A DNA stretch of 64,000 bases from the NCBI RefSeq assembly GCF_009914755.1, contig NC_060933.1, one strand, 5' to 3'. The notes beneath the pieces were generated by a model. That model saw only the letters and a list, made by a program, of their open reading frames with translations, did no database searches and was not told where the DNA came from. Every line of letters begins with the position of its first letter. Position 1 is the stretch's first letter. Origin of the DNA: the human T2T-CHM13v2.0 reference genome, Homo sapiens. Below, one piece after another: positions 59,793 through 64,000 of this stretch. Both the position numbers and the translations under genes were made by a program.

Positions 59793-61388
59793 CCTCTCCC
59801 TCTCCCTCGTCTCCCACTTTCCAGGGTCTCCCTCTGATGCCGAGGGGAGGCTGGACCGTACTGCCGCCATCTCGGCTCACTGCAACCTCCCTGCCTGATT
59901 CTCCTGCCTCAGACTGCCAAGTGCCTGGGATTGCAGGCGCTCGCCGCCACGCCTGACTGGTTTTTGTATTTTTTGGTGGAGATGGGGTTTCGCCGTGTTG
60001 GCCGGGCTGGTCTCCAGCTCCTGACCGCGAGTGATCTGCCCGCCTGGGCCTCCCGAGGTGCCGGGATTGCAGACAGAGGCTCGCTCACTCAGTGCTCAAT
60101 GTTGCCCAGGCTAGAGTGCAGTAGCGTGATCTCGACTCACTACAACCTCCACCTCCCAGCCGCCTGCCTTGGCCTCTCAAAGTGCTGAGATTGCAGCCTC
60201 TGCCCGGCCGCCACCCCGTATGGGAAGTGAGGAGCGTCTCTGCCTGGCCGCCCATCGTCTGGGATGTGAGGAGCCCCTCTGCCCGGCCGCCCAGTCTGGG
60301 AAGTGAGGAGCGCCTCTTCCCGGCTGCCATCCCATCTAAGAAGTGAGGAGCGTCTCTGCCCGGCTGCCCATCGTCTGAGATGTGGGGAGCGCCTCTGCCC
60401 CGCCGCCCCGTCTGGGATGTGAGGAGCGCCTCTGTCCGGCCGCGACCCCGTCTGGGAACTGAGGAGTGTCTCTGCCCGACCGCCACCCCGTCTGGGAGGT
60501 GAGGAGCGTTTCTGGCCGGCCGCCCCGTCTGAGAAGTGAGGAGCCCCTCCGCCCAGCAGCCGCCCCGCCTGGGAAGTGAGGAGCCCCTCCGCCCGGCAGC
60601 CGCCCCGTCTGGGAAGTGAGGAGGGTCTCCGCCCGGCAGCCGCCCCGTCCAGGAGGGAGGTGGGGGTCAGCCCCCAGCCCGGCAGCCGCCCCGTCCGGGA
60701 GGGAGGTGGGGGGCAGCCCCCCCGCCCGGCCAGCCGCCCCGTCGGGGAGGGAGGTGGGGGGCGCCTCCGCCCGGCCACCGCCCTGTCCGGGAGGGGGGGG
60801 GCGCCTCTGCCTGGCCGCCCCGTCTGGGAAGTGAGGAGCCCTTCTGCCCGGCCGCCACCACGTCTGGGAGGCATGCCCAACAGCTCATTGAGAGCGGGCC
60901 ATGATGACGATGGCGGTTTTGTCGAATAGAAAGGGGGGAAATGTGGGGAAAGGAAAGAGGGATCGGATTGTTACTGTGTCCGTGTAGAAAGAAGTAGACA
61001 TAGGAGACTCCATTTTGTTATGTACTAAGAAAAATTCTTCTGCCTTGGGATGCTGTTAATCTATAAACTTACCCCCAACCCCGTGCTCTCTGAAACATGT
61101 GCTGGGTCCACTCAGGGTTAAATGGATAAAGGGCGGTGCAAGATGTGCTTTGTTAAACAGATGCTTGAAGGCAGCATGCTCCTTAAGAGTCATCACCACT
61201 CCCTAATCTCAAGTACCCAGGGACACAAACACTGCGGAAGGCCGCAGGGTCCTCTGCCTAGGAAAACCAGAGACCCTTGTTCACATGTTTATCTGCTGAC
61301 CTTCCCTCCACTATTGTCGATGACCCTGCCAAATCCCCCTCTCCAAGACACACCCAAGAATGATCAATAAATACTAAAAAAAAAAAAA
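59793..61388 (+). mobile_element. SVA retrotransposon (older B/C-like), antisense in a QNG1 intron
   Basis: Short CCCTCT hexamer head, antisense Alu-like domain, GC-rich VNTR (~60200-60870), SINE-R, AATAAA at 61366 and poly(A). TSD AAAGTCAGAATTTG at 59779-59792 and 61389-61402. Confidence 0.96.
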
Positions 61389-61762
61389 AAAGTCAGAATT
61401 TGTTTTCCAGAGCAAGTATACATTCTCATTTTCTGAGAAAATGGTGTAATGTCTCTAAATTAAATTAAGGGGCTGAAGGAACAAATCACAATTTAAAACA
61501 TTCCTACATTATGCTATCACCCTATATTCCTAAACCTATCTAAATATGACAACTTGGCAATTGTTCCTCTATATAAACTGGATTTATATATGGCAACCAG
61601 GTTTCTAGTTCAAGTCTAGTTTATAAAACAACACAAGACATGGCTGGGTGCAGTGGCTCATGCCTGTAATCCCAGCACTTTGGGAGGCCGAGGCGGGTGG
61701 ATCACCTGAGGTTGGGAGTTTGAAACCAGCCTGACCAACATAGAGAAACCCCGTCTCTACTA

Positions 61763-61924
<162 letters not shown>

Positions 61925-62300
61925 TCAAGGGAAAAACAAAAACAAACAAAAAAAAAACCCAGCAAGACATAAGACTTAACTTATAAAAATGTCTATTAAA
62001 CACAATTACTACACCATCAAGTTTATTATAATAGATAGAAGCCATTATCTGCTATTTTTAACAAGATTCATAGAGCAAAATGGAAAAAACTAGAAATCAA
62101 ACTTACATAGCAACCCACATGGAAAAAAACAAAAAATAAAAATAAAATCAGTGCTAGCATCTAAGAAAACATGTAAATTATCATGTCACTGCTGTTTCCA
62201 TGGTAGCAGACTAGTATATATAAAGAATAGATTATAATAGATATAATAATATATTAATATAAAAAAGAACAAAAAGATTTAAGGGAGGAATCAAAAATAA

Positions 62301-62564
<264 letters not shown>

Positions 62565-62861
62565 TGATCCACCTGCCTCGGCCTCCCAAAGTGCAAGGAT
62601 TACAGGTATGAGCCACCACGCCTGGCCATCTCTATAAAACATTTTCTTGGTAAGCTCATTATGGTTTTAGAAATCAAATGATTTTTGTAATCAAATTCTG
62701 GATCTCTAAAATATTAACTGGTATCACTAAAACTACTAGTAAATCTCCAAATAACAATTGCTTACATGTTTCATGATATTGTTTTGTGATTTAAATATTT
62801 TCTAAATCGTACCTTTATAAAATAATTGTCAATAAAAAGCTCTATGACCATGAGTTAATTT

Positions 62862-62894
<33 letters not shown>

Positions 62895-63536
62895 AGACAG
62901 GGCCTCACTGCTGCCTAGGCTGTAGCTCAATTCAGTGGCTCAATCACGGCTCACTGCTGCCTTGACCTCCTTGGGCTCAAGCAATCCTCCCACCTCAGCC
63001 TCCTGAATAGCTGGGACTATAGGTGTTCACCACCAAGGCCAGTTAATTTTCTTGTTATTTTGCAGAGATGAGGTTTCCCCATGTTGCCTAGGCTGGTCTT
63101 GAACTCCTGGGCTCAAGTGATCCACCCACCTTGGCCTCCCAAGGTTCTAGGATTACAGGAAAGAGCCATCGCACCTGGACAGTTAAGTTTTTTGAAAAAA
63201 TTATTCCATAATTTTATCATGAATAAATAGAAAGTTCAAGGATTACAAAAGTTAAGAACAACATAGGCCAAGTGCGGTAGCTCATGCCTGTAATCCCAGC
63301 ACTTTGGGAGGGAGGCCGAGGTGGGCAGATCACCCGAAGTCAGGAGTTCAAGACCAGCCTGGTCAACATGGTGAAACCCTGCCTCTACAAAAATATAAAA
63401 ATTGACCAGGCATGATGGCGGGTGCCTGTAATCCCAGCTACTCGGGAGCTGAGGTGGGAGAATCGCTTCAACTTGGGAGGCGGAGGTTGCAGTGAACTGA
63501 GATTGTGCCATTGCACGCCAGCAAGACTCCATCTCA

Positions 63537-63716
<180 letters not shown>

Positions 63717-63734
63717 CTAATCCCAGCTAACTCA

Positions 63735-63836
<102 letters not shown>

Positions 63837-64000
63837 TCAAAAAACAACAACAAAAAAACTAAAAATAAAAAATAAAATGTTATCTATTGAAATATCAAAA
63901 AGCTTATGTTTTTTATATTTATCAGTATGTCACAGTAACAGTAATAGTCATAAGAAAGCCAATTTGCTAATTAGAACTTTTACAAAGTTACTGCATTACT

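Noticed and set aside
59931-61370. ORFs up to 246 aa on both strands
   Set aside because: Translations of the SVA VNTR, Alu-like and SINE-R domains; SVA is non-coding.

Overview
This is hominoid, almost certainly human, genomic DNA. I recognise it as the chr9q21.32 KIF27-QNG1 (C9orf64) locus from the translated exons. Both genes are on the minus strand. Bases 1-33,750 hold KIF27 exons 1-8: a non-coding exon 1 in a CpG island, the ATG at 27863, and seven coding exons. These have canonical GT-AG junctions and splice into one open frame encoding the kinesin motor domain and the start of the coiled-coil stalk. About 17 kb of repeat-rich intergenic DNA follows. Then come the 3' UTR and last two coding exons of QNG1 (queuosine salvage hydrolase), whose upstream intron contains an SVA with target-site duplications (TSDs). 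By rough manual count there are about 70 Alu elements or fragments, plus L1, LTR and hAT fossils; most short ORFs in the track are Alu, microsatellite or SVA artefacts. I found no evidence for a new multi-gene system. The most unusual signals are structural: a 198-bp, 98.5%-identical inverted repeat upstream of KIF27; a templated ~155-bp copy dropped into a solo LTR that duplicates a perfect GTCACGTGAC motif; a perfect 23-bp hairpin inside an L1; a 32-bp promoter-proximal minisatellite; a strong-Kozak uORF; and an RFX X-box at the KIF27 promoter.
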